Shown: positions 45,201 through 54,664 of the stretch, in pieces
How positions within the stretch are numbered: the stretch's first letter is position 1
Layout: each line of letters begins with the position of its first letter
Origin: Candidatus Poribacteria bacterium
GTDB lineage: Bacteria; Poribacteria; WGA-4E; WGA-3G
Reading direction: 5' to 3'
Length of the DNA: 64,000 nucleotides
Assembly: GCA_022826805.1 (NCBI GenBank)
Contig: JAJDUH010000044.1
Location: 92,862 to 156,861 of the forward strand
The notes under the pieces: generated by a model
Told to the model about the DNA's origin: nothing
What the model saw: the letters and a program-made list of their open reading frames with translations, nothing else
Databases searched by the model: none
Position numbers and translations under genes: made by a program

Positions 45201-45686
45201 GGCGATGCGCTGATCACGTACAAAGCCGCTGGGGATAATCTCTACGAGTTTCGAGGGATAAAATCCTTGCAAAGCACGGCGAGGTGTAGAAACCGAAGTT
45301 GGAAAAATGGGGTCGTCGGGTGTGACACGTACATTCTCAACACTTCTTACCTCTGGACGAGCCTGAATGACTGTAACAATCGGGGTTCCAGCGACAGGAA
45401 TCCCGATGCACTGGGCGTAGATAGGGAGTCGAGGTCTACCTACGTCAAGCGTTCGATCTGCACCCGCAAAATGGATCTCGGTTCCCAAATCTGCAGCATC
45501 TCCTGCAACAGAAGGGGAAGGGGTCTTTATCTGAAGTTCTGGTAACTCAAAACGCGCCGTGAGTATATCCCCTGTGATCGAAAGCACCCTTAGAGGTGAC
45601 GCTGGATATGTCTGTCCTATCGCAATGGACATTGAATCAGCATAGAGTACAAGAACTATCAATACAAAAATGTAAGTCTTTTTCAT
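39291..45686 (-). CDS. 2131-aa secreted peptidase C25 (gingipain-like) family protein with many Ig-like domains and T9SS/FlgD-like C-terminal domain
   Basis: A signal peptide is present. C25 hallmarks are YVVLIGDAHYDYK, YTGHGG (catalytic His) and TTTCLNGQFD (catalytic Cys). The C-terminus reads FNVPNP...IYSVSGRLL...GVYFYRV. Confidence 0.85.
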   Translation of the reverse strand: MKKTYIFVLIVLVLYADSMSIAIGQTYPASPLRVLSITGDILTARFELPELQIKTPSPSVAGDAADLGTEIHFAGADRTLDVGRPRLPIYAQCIGIPVAGTPIVTVIQARPEVRSVENVRVTPDDPIFPTSVSTPRRALQGFYPSKLVEIIPSGFVRDQRIASLQINPVQYNSRTKQLRIFTSVTFRINFPYAPVAGGTSVGNTFSPAQKSVQGASPVFESMFRDTLRNYEQAKLWRSRRRMSYSAARGNNIPGAPALTGANTYRFKIPVVKTDLYRITYNNIKAAGVEPEDINLDTLQLESGGQKQGVYIFDENENDVLDTGEQIVFYGRALSDNKFTDENVYWLLFALRGAPAGNLEPSGVTTRDATPRTENLVAPTAFLTRERFEQNVHHDTLSGVDVKSELADHYFWVSFRGGNINTSRKDFPIELPMAVPRLEVNRNALLRLKFQGASRRGSALHLARISFNGLQLGRIEEWKRQASQIATRNIPQARIHHNQVNFMRIDALDANKTPAGSTDFYLDWYELDYWRNFQANTNRLEFNTNTEPRNRGKVQYRVSNIFQETIDVYQLDDNGITSKLTGGEVSRRGASYQILFEDTVNRHTRYFVIGRTAYRSINALVPTPPTLLRNPANQADYVVITHPTFTKAIQPLVEFRRSQGLTAMVVDIGDIYNEFSDGLFNPLAIQKFLRYVYNNWQQPVPTYVVLIGDAHYDYKRATVELYRRDPSFRGTYNLYPIFVPTFHGWSPESGETAMDQRFVNVSGDDALPDMLIGRLSVQNPEDLTTMVEKIINYEKNLKTGSWQGTLIQVADDHTDNPSDGVFEVSRDQLIEEIIPVGYNTRQIYLRKIRSPELTRFRIRSAINQGALLIEYTGHGGIQTWADESIFRLEDVLELRNRNLPFVITTTCLNGQFDKPQQAGNHCLSEQFLLGEHGAIAALSATRLTYGAANAEFDEDLFEALFEVGRAGNLDTGFQTPSTSATVGHVIANAKISFLTRIRNTQWIPGTEQYTLFGDPASRLALPEFDIKVELERIAVNKTHEIVIKAGEVGIIENSEIGVTGSPTFTRASDFSTESLSAVAVFANNFDDDLNNELSPRTRGRVWQGEYGTIRIDVPNSALPGGGVARVFAYDDIRAAVGGARFWVETPVVHDIRETLDIKVTDTLNISALIVDDRGPAGIRSINVLWDDTATFKDETIPMVKAPVPLGDVPLGGQWYQLQTPIPLPQGGRQVRYRILITDRTGHEIAIPSKLERNIVKVPEGPNIAVGTDEADKAPIRYEFDEEKNGYQLVAEIVNAGGRPVRADIEVVFAEGNPDAEGDSIIDEDANILGRLTIKPTDWVEGTFVLQYVTATLELEKPLVTGVHKIYVIADPDDPGIDDQILGNVQESRQFDNKQHVSFIVNEFNYKPQEELTAFSLDRVFDIHFPTNALDTEVKGNAGVPLSVSSQSPTDPSQPDIRFAPIPRVAALRRGLIRQGTEVAQYYEPTFRTGITELAKPAEIKLRFDVSALEDIVREETLLQSGTPAFQAALAETADQLAVYAWQADFSAWRRLSSQIGYTSEKDFLLENYVTPTQMENASEQELEASFIRINPNLTPAGTWVVLFLDTDEYEVFLQRKGESTVQKLDQAGQLDNPFREEGFGLELRIPRQESTPLGVNYTFEFADILAFKTDYNPQGDVVLRRTWNTNMGNGNATVESRPGAKGEFAIGDWFIFFVEPERYELRDASAEPTHYPNGVKIRGKVNEPIYLSHLGLEILVTGSSESFEFGDKIKFSSAQIGTITAEVSELTQFALMRSTDTEPPTFNIWVDGIQPQTGSVIPPRPTISIVLADANGIDTEFFTFERKKDGGPFEPVTDYELRVQENTQTVPVDYQPILFPGEHTFNITVRDFNGNTVGDDEGIISYRFFVTEAPDLTPPTIDVQITALGTGSAREPVDEPLIDGAVLTEQPRFKITLTDDSALDETSFRLDFGNLYETLELLETSDYTETFDPAAPADAAITYAPDLANGEYQFQITAADTSENTAELAVTFILNEEVTLSEVFNVPNPTVDGKTFFTYHLAQAPDTVTIKIYSVSGRLLRTLADASAKRGVNETRWDGRDETGVRCANGVYFYRVIARTEDGSKIEQIGKLAILR

Positions 45687-45704
45687 AATTTACAGTTTGT
45701 GAGT

Positions 45705-46838
45705 CTACGACTTTGTGAGTTGTGAAGCACACCTGAGCGCTGCTACCAAACTTGTTGCGTTAGCAAGCCCTTTACCAGCTATGTCAAACGCAGTGCCGTG
45801 GTCAACGCTCGTGCGAACTATCGGCAAACCCAAAGTGACATTTACAATCTCACCGAACCCCAAAAGCTTTATCGGGATATTGCCCTGATCATGATACATA
45901 GCAATAACAGCGTGCCACTCTCCTTGTATTGCTTTCACAAAAAGTGCATCGGCGGGGAGCGGTCCGTCTATTCTGCCGACTTGTGCTTGTACCTGCTCGA
46001 TGGCTGGACAGATAAATTGCGTCTCCTCTTTTCCGAACATGCCCTCTTCACCAGCGTGTGGATTCAGTCCCGCAACAACGAGCCGTGGTTCAGAAATACC
46101 ACTACGCATAAGCGCACGATGGGTGATGCGAATAACATCAGCGATTCGTTGGACAGATAAGTGCTTTGGCACATCAGCCAAGGCAATATGGTTCGTCACA
46201 AAAGAGACAGCAAGAGAGACCCTATCGTAGATTGGTTTGGCACGGGTTGTACCCAAAATAGGTTCGGGCAACAGGGCACCAGCCGTACAGAGCATCATCA
46301 CTGCATCGGGTGTGTTGGTTAATGCGGCAAGCATTTCTGTGTGTCCAGGATAGGGCATTCCGGCACGGTGTATAGAAGCTTTACAGATCGGCGCGGTTGT
46401 AATAGCGTCCAGTTCACCGCCCATTGCAAGACGTGTCGCCGTTTCAATCGCTTTGATAGCAGCACCACCAGCACTGGCATCTATAGTGCCGATGGAAATA
46501 TCTTGTGGAGAGAGCGAAGAGACCCTCAAAACATCAATTGTCCCGCGTGTTGCAATCGCCTGCGCCGGCGTTTCGATGATATTGAGTTTTAATTGTGGGA
46601 CATTAGGGGGAGTGAATCGAACAACCGCTTCCCGAAAAATATCTGGACTACCAATGACGATCGGGCGGCACACCGAATATATGCTTTTACATGCGAGTGC
46701 CTTGACGATGATCTCGGGACCGATGCCAGCTGCATCGCCCATCGTCACTCCAATCTTTGGTGTACGTACATCGGATGACGTACTTGTTGGGTGGGTTTCC
46801 GCTGCTTCGTGTCGGATTTGGACATCTTCGCGAGTCAT
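45705..46838 (-). CDS. pdxA: 4-hydroxythreonine-4-phosphate dehydrogenase
   Basis: PdxA motifs are present (GDAAGIGPEI, GHTE, NPHAGE.G.FG.EE, HDQG, VDHGTAFDIAG). The ATG at 46838 has AAGGAAG upstream. The track ORF (GTG at 46874) would overlap repeat L7. Confidence 0.88.
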   Translation of the reverse strand: MTREDVQIRHEAAETHPTSTSSDVRTPKIGVTMGDAAGIGPEIIVKALACKSIYSVCRPIVIGSPDIFREAVVRFTPPNVPQLKLNIIETPAQAIATRGTIDVLRVSSLSPQDISIGTIDASAGGAAIKAIETATRLAMGGELDAITTAPICKASIHRAGMPYPGHTEMLAALTNTPDAVMMLCTAGALLPEPILGTTRAKPIYDRVSLAVSFVTNHIALADVPKHLSVQRIADVIRITHRALMRSGISEPRLVVAGLNPHAGEEGMFGKEETQFICPAIEQVQAQVGRIDGPLPADALFVKAIQGEWHAVIAMYHDQGNIPIKLLGFGEIVNVTLGLPIVRTSVDHGTAFDIAGKGLANATSLVAALRCASQLTKS

Positions 46839-46868
46839 TGCACGGTTCTCTTCCTTGATCAAGTTAGT

Positions 46869-47005
46869 TGGCACTTGGCAATTAGCGATTAACTATTAGC
46901 AAGAGGTCATTCGGAACTCGTAATCTCTCTGTTCTTTCTTGCTCTCTGCGAATTGCCATAAGTGGAGCGTAGCGGAACGCCCTAATTGCTGTCCGCTAAT
47001 TACCA
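46869..47005 (-). repeat. L-family element, copy L7 (CAATTAGC-type arms; core GGGCGTTCCGCTACGCTCCACTT in minus sense)
   Basis: The core and arm pattern were compared with L1 and L9. Confidence 0.65.
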
Positions 47006-47019
47006 TCAAGAGATAGAGG

Positions 47020-47316
47020 CTACGGGCTAATTTTGCGATAGAGTGTTGTGGCACGGGCACGCGAGACGTTCCCCGAAGGCAGCTCAAGAACCTCATATTC
47101 AGGTTCAACAGTTTCCTCTCCATCGGGATGCCCCTTCCCAGTAACAGGTGGGATGGGTTCGGCTTTCGGCAAACGGATCACATCACCGATAGCGAGCATT
47201 TTCCCGGCTTTTGCGATGTGTCCGTTGACCCTAACTGCCCCTCTGCTACAGAGCGTGTTGGCAATCGTCCGTCGTTTTACGAGGCGGCTCACCTGTAGAA
47301 ATTTGTCCAATCGCAT
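47020..47316 (-). CDS. S4-domain RNA-binding protein (Hsp15-like)
   Basis: MRLDKFLQVSRLVKRRTIA......G.V.VNG fits the S4 domain. The start was set at the ATG at 47316. Confidence 0.75.
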   Translation of the reverse strand: MRLDKFLQVSRLVKRRTIANTLCSRGAVRVNGHIAKAGKMLAIGDVIRLPKAEPIPPVTGKGHPDGEETVEPEYEVLELPSGNVSRARATTLYRKISP

Positions 47317-47500
47317 CTTTTTAACGATTCGCAAGCGTTCAATCAAACACTTGGTTTAATAATAATTTCGCTCAAGAGTCGCCTGCGCGGTTGTTGCAGG
47401 CTGCCATCATTTCTAAGTTTTCTCTCTGCAGACCTTGTAAGCCTAATAGCGTTTCTAAAAGGGTTCTATCCTTCACCGCAACAAATAAGAAACCCTGGCG

Positions 47501-49942
47501 CTACACAGACGGTTGAGAGGCAACCGGTACTTCTACAGGAACTTCGGATTCCACAATTGGTTCCCTGAGTGCCTGTTCCAGTACCTGCGTCATATCGTTG
47601 ACTTTGTGGAAACGGATCCCCTCCCGAATCTCGGTCGGAATATCAACTTCATCTTTCTCGTTTTCTCCTGGAATGATGATGTCGAAAATACCGTTACGGT
47701 AGGCGGCAAGCGCCTTCTCTTTTAAGCCACCGATCGGTAGCACTCTGCCGCGGAGCGTAATCTCTCCGGTCATAGCGACATCCTTTCGGACAGATTTTCC
47801 TGTTAAGGCAGAGAGAATGGCAGTAGCAACAGTGATACCTGCCGAGGGACCATCTTTCGGTACAGCACCTTCTGGAATGTGGATGTGAATATCTTGCTTC
47901 TCAAACTGCTTTTCAGAGATTCCAAAAGAATCCGCACGGGATCGAATGTATGCAACAGCCGTTTGGACTGATTCGCGCATCACTTCCTGCAGCTGCCCTG
48001 TCATATTGAGTTTGCCTTCGCCCGGCATTGTTGTCGCCTCAACGGAAACAATGTCGCCACCAATCTGTGTCCATACCAGCCCCGTAGCGACTCCAACTTC
48101 ATCGCTTTCTTCAGCTTTTGTGCGGGTCCATTTCGCCGGGCCCAGATAGTCGCTCAAATTCGCTGGCGTTATCTCAATATTGAAGTCAGGTTTCTCTTCA
48201 GTGACAATTTCTTTCGCTACCTTTCGCATGACAGTTGTGATTGTCCGTTCGAGACTTCGTACACCAGCCTCACGCGTGTATTTGTGAATCATCTCATAGA
48301 TAGCTTCGTCGGTGAAAGCAATGTTATCAGATGAAAGCCCGTGGCGCTCAAGCTGCTTCGGTATAAGACCATTCGGTGTGAAAGTAGCGATGTTATGTTT
48401 CTCGAAATCGGTGTAACCCGGCAATTCGATAATCTCCATACGGTCTTGGAGCGGCGGCGGAATCGTGACACGGGTGTTAGCCGTTGTGATGAACATCACA
48501 TCAGAGAGGTCAAACGCAATATCCATATAGTGGTCTCGGAAAGTCGAATTCTGCTCTGGATCAAGCACTTCAAGGAGTGCTGATGCGGGGTCTCCACGAA
48601 AATCTGAGCTCAGTTTATCAATCTCATCAAGTAGAAACAGCGGATTTTTTGAGTTGACATCTCGGAGCCCTTGGATAATTCGACCTGGAATCGCGCCGAT
48701 ATAGGTGCGTCTGTGCCCACGAATTTCAGCCTCATCGCGTACCCCGCCGAGGGACATTCTAACGAACTTTCTACCGGTGGCACGAGCAACCGATTTACCG
48801 AGTGAAGTCTTTCCAACGCCTGGCGGACCGACGAGACAGATAATAGGGCCTTTCAAATGTTTGACGAGTTGCAAAACAGCGAGATATTCAAGTACATTCT
48901 CTTTCGGCTTCTCCAACCCATAATGGTCCTCGTCGAGTATACGTTCAGCTTCAGGCAGGTGGAGTTGATGTTCAGTACTCTCTTTCCACGGTAGTGCGAG
49001 TATCCAATCAACATAAGTACGGATGACGCCAGATTCAGCGGATTGTGGTGGAATCTGTGAGAGTCGATCAAGCTCCTTGAGTGCCTTCTCTTCCGCTTCT
49101 TCGGACATCCCTGCGTTTTTCACCTGCTCTCGCAGTTCGTCAACTTCAGCGATATCATCGCGACCGAGCTCTTTCTGGATAACCTTCATTTGTTCTTGCA
49201 GGTAAAATTCACGATGCGTTTTCTGAATTGATTCGCGGACCTGATTATGAATGTCATCGCGTAACTCATTCCGCTCCATCCCTTCCTTCAAGTACTGAAT
49301 GATGAGTTGGAGCCGCTTGATAGGGTTAAGCTCATCAATGACATCTTGACGTTCTGGTGCTGTGAGATTTAGAAATCCAGCGATCGTATCAGCGAGATGT
49401 CCAGGCTCCTCCTGTTCCGTAATAGCGCGTTTGACTTCTTCGGAGGTCAATGCATGGGACTGCGAGCCTTGTCCTTGATCTTTCTGTCGCGCTTTTGCGT
49501 AACTATTGAAAAGTTTCCTCGCCTCTTTCATGAGAGACTCAGAGGTATTCGCCAAGCCTATCTCCTCATGCACAATTTGCACGTCCGCCTTTAGAAAGTC
49601 ATCAGCTTTAGTATAACGGAGGACAATCGCGCGTTGCTCGGCTGTAATAGCAATACGGATAGTGCCGTCGCCAGGTTCATAAGATTCAATGATATTCGCG
49701 ACAGCACCAATAGCGTGGAGGTGTTCGGGTGCTGCTTCTTCCTCTTCATCCAACTCCACTTTTTGGTGGAGAAGAAGTACATGCCGCTTTGAACGGAGCG
49801 CAGCATGCGTCGCTGCAACGCCCATTTTGCGAGCGACATTTAAAACAGATTTCGTCCTCGGAAAGATTGTGTCAAAATCCGGAGGCAAATAGATAACGGG
49901 TAAACTTACCGTTTCATATTCTTTCGTTGCTGTCGAGTTCAT
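47501..49942 (-). CDS. lon: ATP-dependent Lon protease
   Basis: The protein is 813 aa. The Walker A is GPPGVGKTS, the catalytic Ser lies in [10 protein letters not shown], and a LON N-domain is present. Confidence 0.95.
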   Translation of the reverse strand: MNSTATKEYETVSLPVIYLPPDFDTIFPRTKSVLNVARKMGVAATHAALRSKRHVLLLHQKVELDEEEEAAPEHLHAIGAVANIIESYEPGDGTIRIAITAEQRAIVLRYTKADDFLKADVQIVHEEIGLANTSESLMKEARKLFNSYAKARQKDQGQGSQSHALTSEEVKRAITEQEEPGHLADTIAGFLNLTAPERQDVIDELNPIKRLQLIIQYLKEGMERNELRDDIHNQVRESIQKTHREFYLQEQMKVIQKELGRDDIAEVDELREQVKNAGMSEEAEEKALKELDRLSQIPPQSAESGVIRTYVDWILALPWKESTEHQLHLPEAERILDEDHYGLEKPKENVLEYLAVLQLVKHLKGPIICLVGPPGVGKTSLGKSVARATGRKFVRMSLGGVRDEAEIRGHRRTYIGAIPGRIIQGLRDVNSKNPLFLLDEIDKLSSDFRGDPASALLEVLDPEQNSTFRDHYMDIAFDLSDVMFITTANTRVTIPPPLQDRMEIIELPGYTDFEKHNIATFTPNGLIPKQLERHGLSSDNIAFTDEAIYEMIHKYTREAGVRSLERTITTVMRKVAKEIVTEEKPDFNIEITPANLSDYLGPAKWTRTKAEESDEVGVATGLVWTQIGGDIVSVEATTMPGEGKLNMTGQLQEVMRESVQTAVAYIRSRADSFGISEKQFEKQDIHIHIPEGAVPKDGPSAGITVATAILSALTGKSVRKDVAMTGEITLRGRVLPIGGLKEKALAAYRNGIFDIIIPGENEKDEVDIPTEIREGIRFHKVNDMTQVLEQALREPIVESEVPVEVPVASQPSV

Positions 49943-49955
49943 GATTCTTATCCTT

Positions 49956-50081
49956 TTCGGTTACTGGTTCGCCTGCTGCGCAGGCTTTCAGTTGTCGGTT
50001 ATCAGTTAGGAGCAATTGACGCGTGTCAAGCCCCTCCTACTGATAACCGAAAGGATTGCACAGCAATCCGAACTGACAACC
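49956..50081. repeat. L-family element, copy L8 (arms CAGTTGTCGGTTATCAGTTA / TACTGATAACCG..GAACTGACAACC; inner hairpins GCCTGC-tgc-GCAGGC, GATTGC-aca-GCAATC)
   Basis: The inverted arms and hairpins were read directly. The element fills the lon-clpX spacer. Confidence 0.6.
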
Positions 50082-50082
50082 A

Positions 50083-51582
50083 TTATGCAGTTTTCAGTTC
50101 TTCGGATTTTCTGTAGATTAGTTGCGGTGGTTCACTCTTGCGCACAGAGTCTTCGGTAATATGACAGGCTTCGACATCTTCAAGCGAAGGAAGACGATAG
50201 AGCGTATCAAGCATAATCTTTTCAAAAACCGCTCTCAACCCGCGCGCCCCTGTTTCTCGTTCGATCACTTCATCTGCGATAGCAGTTAGTGCTGCATCGG
50301 TCACGTGGAACTCCACACCCTCATAAGCCAAAAGATGACTATATTGTTTCACAAGGGCGTTCCTCGGCTCAGTAAGAATCTGAATTAACGCCGCGGCATC
50401 TAACTCGTGGAGGGTTGTGACAATCGGCAGTCGCCCAATTAACTCCGGTATAAAACCGTATTTAATAAGATCCTTCGGTGTTCCCTGGGCAAGGATCTCA
50501 TGAATCCTTGTTTCATTTTTGGATTGTATAGCAGTCCCAAAGCCGATGCTCTGTTTTCCGAGCCTGTCCTTAATTGCCTTTTCCAACCCGATAAAGGTCC
50601 CACCACAGATAAATAACACTTTGGTGGTATCGACCTCAATCATCTCTTGGTGTGGGTGTTTCCTACCCCCACGCGGCGGCACATTCGCTGTCGTCCCTTC
50701 AAGAATTTTAAGCAATGCTTGCTGGACGCCTTCACCAGAGACATCACGGGTAATCGACGGGTTCTCGGACTTACGTGTAATCTTGTCAATTTCATCAATA
50801 TAGATGATACCCGTTTCAGCGCGGGCAACATCGCCATCCGCTGCCTGTATCAATTTTAAGATGATATTTTCAACATCCTCACCAACATAGCCAGCTTCGG
50901 TCAATGTTGTTGCATCGGTAATAGCAAAAGGAACATCTAAAACTTTAGCGAGCGTTTGGGCGAGTAGTGTTTTTCCTGTACCCGTTGGACCTATGAGCAA
51001 GATATTGCTCTTGTCTAATTCAACTTCATCCGCAGTTTCGCCATGATGTAAGCGCTTATAGTGGTTATAAACAGAGACAGATAAGTTCTTTTTTGCTTCT
51101 TCTTGACCTATTACATATTCATCAAGTTTTGCTTTTATTTCTTTAGGCGTAGGCGGTCGTGCGAGTGCCTCTTGTTGCGTTTGTGTCTCCGAATGCGTTG
51201 CGCTGGCAGCATCTCGGGCTTGTACACGCTTTGCCCGTGAACGCTGTCTGCTACCAACCCCGTGGTGTTCCTCTGAATCTTCTTCCATCGACACATCAAA
51301 GCTACCATCTGGCTGGTGAGCGAGAATGTCGTTACAAACAGCGATACACTCAGCAAGACATTTTTCACAGATATTCGCGTCAACGCCATTAAAGAGTCTT
51401 TCAACTTCTGTATTATCGCGCCTACAAAATGCACAAGCAGCATCTTCTGCAGTAGATGCTGACAGCCGGACAATACATTCAACGCAAATATTTGCTTCTC
51501 TGCCTTGTAGGAGGCGCCGAACTTGTGTACTATCCCTTTGGCAGAAAGAACAGAACAACTCACGATGGATGGATTGTGACAT
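50083..51582 (-). CDS. clpX: ATP-dependent Clp protease ATP-binding subunit ClpX with two tandem N-terminal zinc-binding domains
   Basis: ClpX AAA+ motifs are present ([20 protein letters not shown], the GYVG pore loop and the LRAV/IGF-region context). The ATG at 51582 has GAGGAG upstream. C-x2-C-x18-C-x2-C occurs twice. Confidence 0.95.
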   Translation of the reverse strand: MSQSIHRELFCSFCQRDSTQVRRLLQGREANICVECIVRLSASTAEDAACAFCRRDNTEVERLFNGVDANICEKCLAECIAVCNDILAHQPDGSFDVSMEEDSEEHHGVGSRQRSRAKRVQARDAASATHSETQTQQEALARPPTPKEIKAKLDEYVIGQEEAKKNLSVSVYNHYKRLHHGETADEVELDKSNILLIGPTGTGKTLLAQTLAKVLDVPFAITDATTLTEAGYVGEDVENIILKLIQAADGDVARAETGIIYIDEIDKITRKSENPSITRDVSGEGVQQALLKILEGTTANVPPRGGRKHPHQEMIEVDTTKVLFICGGTFIGLEKAIKDRLGKQSIGFGTAIQSKNETRIHEILAQGTPKDLIKYGFIPELIGRLPIVTTLHELDAAALIQILTEPRNALVKQYSHLLAYEGVEFHVTDAALTAIADEVIERETGARGLRAVFEKIMLDTLYRLPSLEDVEACHITEDSVRKSEPPQLIYRKSEELKTA

Positions 51583-51600
51583 ACAGATTTCTCCTCTCTT

Positions 51601-51730
51601 GGCAATTAGCAATTAGCAATTGGCAGATAGCAATTGGCAAGAAAAAAAGAGGTTTCCGAGTTATCCAATTACCAATTGCCAAAAATGGCTTCGGCTTTCA
51701 AAGTGAACGCCCTAATAGCCAATAGCCGAA
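51601..51730 (-). repeat. L-family element, copy L9 (AATTAGC heptad arms; core GGGCGTTCACTTTGAAAGCC in minus sense)
   Basis: One arm is GGCAATTAGCAATTAGCAATTGGCAGATAGCAATTGGC and the other is CCAATTACCAATTGCC. The element fills the clpX-clpP spacer. Confidence 0.7.
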
Positions 51731-51737
51731 TCAAACT

Positions 51738-52340
51738 TCAATCCTGCTGGACGGCACGTTGCGTAACAACCTGATCAACCAAGCCATATTCAAGTGCCTG
51801 TTCCGAAGTCATATAAAAATCTCTGTCGGCATCGGCGGCAATTTTCTCAACATCTTGACCGGTATGTTTGGCTAAAATAGCGTACAGTCGATCTCGCTCA
51901 TGTAAAATTTCCGTCGCATGAATACTGATATCTGAAGCTTGCCCACCAATGCCATTCGCTATTGGTTGATGAATAAGTGCTTTCGCATGTGGTAGCGCAT
52001 AGCGTTTGCCTGGTGCACCCGCAGCGAGCAAGATAGCCCCCATACTATAGGCTCTCCCCAAACACCAAGTTTGTACATCTGCTTTGATGTATTGCATTGT
52101 ATCGTAAATCGCCAAACCGGCAGACACAGAACCACCGGGAGTGTTAATATAGAGCACAATGTCGGCATCTGGATCTTTTCCTTCAAGGAAAAGCATCTGT
52201 GCTGTTACGATATTTGCAACGGCATCATCATTAATGGGAGTCCCAATCATGATAATACGATCTTCAAGCAGGCGAGAATAAATATCGTATGACCGTTCGC
52301 CCCGGCTTGTCTGTTCAACGACGACAGGTATCAGATTCAT
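51738..52340 (-). CDS. clpP: ATP-dependent Clp protease proteolytic subunit
   Basis: ClpP motifs are present ([14 protein letters not shown], the active-site context GRAYSMGA, and IHQP). The start was set at the ATG at 52340. Confidence 0.95.
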   Translation of the reverse strand: MNLIPVVVEQTSRGERSYDIYSRLLEDRIIMIGTPINDDAVANIVTAQMLFLEGKDPDADIVLYINTPGGSVSAGLAIYDTMQYIKADVQTWCLGRAYSMGAILLAAGAPGKRYALPHAKALIHQPIANGIGGQASDISIHATEILHERDRLYAILAKHTGQDVEKIAADADRDFYMTSEQALEYGLVDQVVTQRAVQQD

Positions 52341-52504
52341 TTCTTTAACTTTCCTTGCGGTTCGGTCAGGCAAGTTTTGCAAAAACAATCCTTGGCGTAT
52401 ATCCAGCCCGGCCCGTTGGTTGGGCTTACGAACTTTTGGCTATAAGACGTGCAGAATTATTAACGCCTCCCCGTCAAATCCGATGCCTTAGCGTGTGAGT
52501 TGGA

Positions 52505-53824
52505 TCACGTAATTATCAACGCCTGTTTAGCAGAGGCACGGTTAATGAGGAACTGATAGATTTTTTCGTGTTGCAGCTGCCCGCGAAAATCCTCTAATCG
52601 ATTGCTTGATTTGAGGAGCGCAGCATATTTTTGCGCATCGCGATTTTGCTGCTCGGCAGCACGCCGAATCTCATACTCCAGTTCATCATCAGATACAGAA
52701 ATGCCTTCCTTCTCGGCTATAGTCTCAAAAATCCATGATTGCTTCGTCTGTTGAATAACATCCTTCCGCAATTCAGCGGGCAGCGTATCCATGTCAATCC
52801 CAGCCTCTTCTGGCGTTCTATGTTCATTTTCTAACTGCCGTGTGACATTCTGAAGGGTGTGTTGCACATACTGATCCACCAACGGCTCAGGAATGGCAAT
52901 ATCAATTTTTTCAATGAGCTGCTCCAACAATTCCGCTTTCTGCTTGTCGACCTGTAGGCTTGTCTCCTCTTCAACAAGATTATTCCATATTAACCCATAA
53001 AGTTGAGAATAACTCTCATATCCAAGATCCTTCGCGAACTCATCATCTAAATCAGGAAGTTGTTTTTGCGTGATGGCATGGAGCGTAACTTCATATTGAG
53101 CAGATTTACCAGCAAGTTCAGCGAGATTGTGTTCTGCTGGAAACTCAATATCCACAGATTTTGTATCCCCAATTTGCATTCCAAGCAGTGCCTGTTCAAG
53201 CTTTTCGTGTATTGCAGCGACGCCGAGCTCTATGTCAACGTCTTGTCGCGATTCAGGGTCTATGCGCTCACCATTGCGAACACATTCCCAGTCGACCCGT
53301 ACACAGTCATTTTCCTCTACTGGACGTTCAACATCAAGAGGTTCATAAGTCGCAGATTGCTCCTGTAACCGTGTAATATAGGCATCAACGTCTTCGCGAG
53401 GCACATCAACTGGACTTTTATCTGCTACGAGTTCATCGTAATTCGGGAGACTGATACTGGGGCGGATATCCACCGTGGCTGAAAATGCGAATGTTTCATT
53501 TTCTTTAACCTGTAATTCATTGAGCGGAGGGGCAAAAGTAGGTTGGGCAAGCGGATTTAGTCTTTCTCTATCAATTGCTTCTTCGTAAGCAGGAGCAACG
53601 AGGTATCGGACAGCTTCGGTGCTGACATACTCGGGAAATCGAGATTTAAGGATTGCTACAGGGACGCGTCCTTTGCGAAAACCAGGTATAGAGACTTGCG
53701 AGCGCAAAGTCTCATAAGTTTCTGCCAACGCTGCGTTAACGTCTTCAGAAGGAACCTCTATGTCCAGACGAACTCGCGTGGCATCCAACCTTTCAATTTG
53801 AACTTTCAAATCTTTTGTCCTCAT
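52505..53824 (-). CDS. tig: trigger factor
   Basis: The protein is 439 aa. The IPGFRKGRVP ribosome-binding signature is present, and the gene sits upstream of clpP-clpX. Confidence 0.9.
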   Translation of the reverse strand: MRTKDLKVQIERLDATRVRLDIEVPSEDVNAALAETYETLRSQVSIPGFRKGRVPVAILKSRFPEYVSTEAVRYLVAPAYEEAIDRERLNPLAQPTFAPPLNELQVKENETFAFSATVDIRPSISLPNYDELVADKSPVDVPREDVDAYITRLQEQSATYEPLDVERPVEENDCVRVDWECVRNGERIDPESRQDVDIELGVAAIHEKLEQALLGMQIGDTKSVDIEFPAEHNLAELAGKSAQYEVTLHAITQKQLPDLDDEFAKDLGYESYSQLYGLIWNNLVEEETSLQVDKQKAELLEQLIEKIDIAIPEPLVDQYVQHTLQNVTRQLENEHRTPEEAGIDMDTLPAELRKDVIQQTKQSWIFETIAEKEGISVSDDELEYEIRRAAEQQNRDAQKYAALLKSSNRLEDFRGQLQHEKIYQFLINRASAKQALIIT

Positions 53825-54212
53825 GCCGAGACTACAAAGCCCCGATACTTTAAATCACAGTTCGCTTTCTATTTCATCCTACCAAAACGCGAACTAACAC
53901 ACTTCACAAAATAGACACCCTGTTAGCCAGTGCTTCGTCAAGTTTGATTTGATGGAGAGCAGTCGGGATTTGGAAATCCCTCCTACCGGTAGCAGTTAGG
54001 TTTCTTGTGAAATCTAACCGTCCTTTTAAGGTGAACAAAGCACCAGATGCCACGTTTACAGCCAACGATAGAAAAATTTGGCAATACTTATAAAAACAAA
54101 AAGTTTCGGCTATTAAGTACTACCAAACTCGAAAAACGGAACTTAAGAGAGAGTTGTTGCCTTAGAAATGCTGACTGCTATAAACTATTGTCCTGACTAA
54201 AACTTACGACTA

Positions 54213-54297
54213 TGGGCGAGGAGGGACTTGAACCCTCACGAGGCGTAACCCCAATAGATCCTAAGTCTATCCTGTCTACCAATTCCAGCACCCGCCC
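54213..54297 (-). tRNA. tRNA-Leu (anticodon TAG)
   Basis: I hand-folded the cloverleaf. The acceptor is GGGCGGG/CTCGCCC, the anticodon arm is ATAGA-CTTAGGA-TCTAT, a long variable arm is present, and the T-arm is GAGGG-TTCAAGT-CCCTC. Confidence 0.9.
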
Positions 54298-54328
54298 AAA
54301 TTTTGTTCCACGGACTCTCACTGCGAGA

Positions 54329-54484
54329 CCGGGGAATGCCATTAAGGCATTCATACCCGGTAAAGCCTTTATAGGCTTTATACCCGGGGAATGCTTTATA
54401 GCATTCATACCGTTGATTTTGATTCTGATTTACGCGCATTCCGCTGTTGGTTGACGCGGCAAAATTTATTTTTCCCTTACATTC
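54329..54484 (-). repeat. H-family element, copy H5 (full mosaic: AATGTAAGGG... module, leader, three hairpin modules)
   Basis: The reverse complement aligns module by module with H1 and H3. Confidence 0.8.
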
Positions 54485-54502
54485 GTCCTAAATTATAAGG
54501 AT

Positions 54503-54575
54503 TGCGCCGTGAAGGAATCGAACCTTCAACCGCCTGATTAAGAGTCAGATGCTCTGCCAATTGAGCTAACGGCGC
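54503..54575 (-). tRNA. tRNA-Lys (anticodon CTT)
   Basis: Hand-folded. The acceptor is GCGCCGT/ACGGCGC, the anticodon loop is CTCTTAA, and the T-arm is GAAGG-TTCGATT-CCTTC. Confidence 0.9.
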
Positions 54576-54664
54576 GTCTGTTGTCTGTCTTTAATACCGA
54601 GACACATTTTATACGCATCCACTCTTAACTCTGGTGCGATAGGTCCTCGGTACTCCATTAGCAA

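Noticed and set aside
54212-54454. An 80-aa plus-strand ORF and two minus-strand ORFs (54178-54408 and 54236-54439) lie in the tRNA region. ORF 54711-54905 is a further example.
   Set aside because: They are composed of tRNA-Leu, tRNA-His and tRNA-Arg sequence and the H5 hairpin repeats, so they are not coding.
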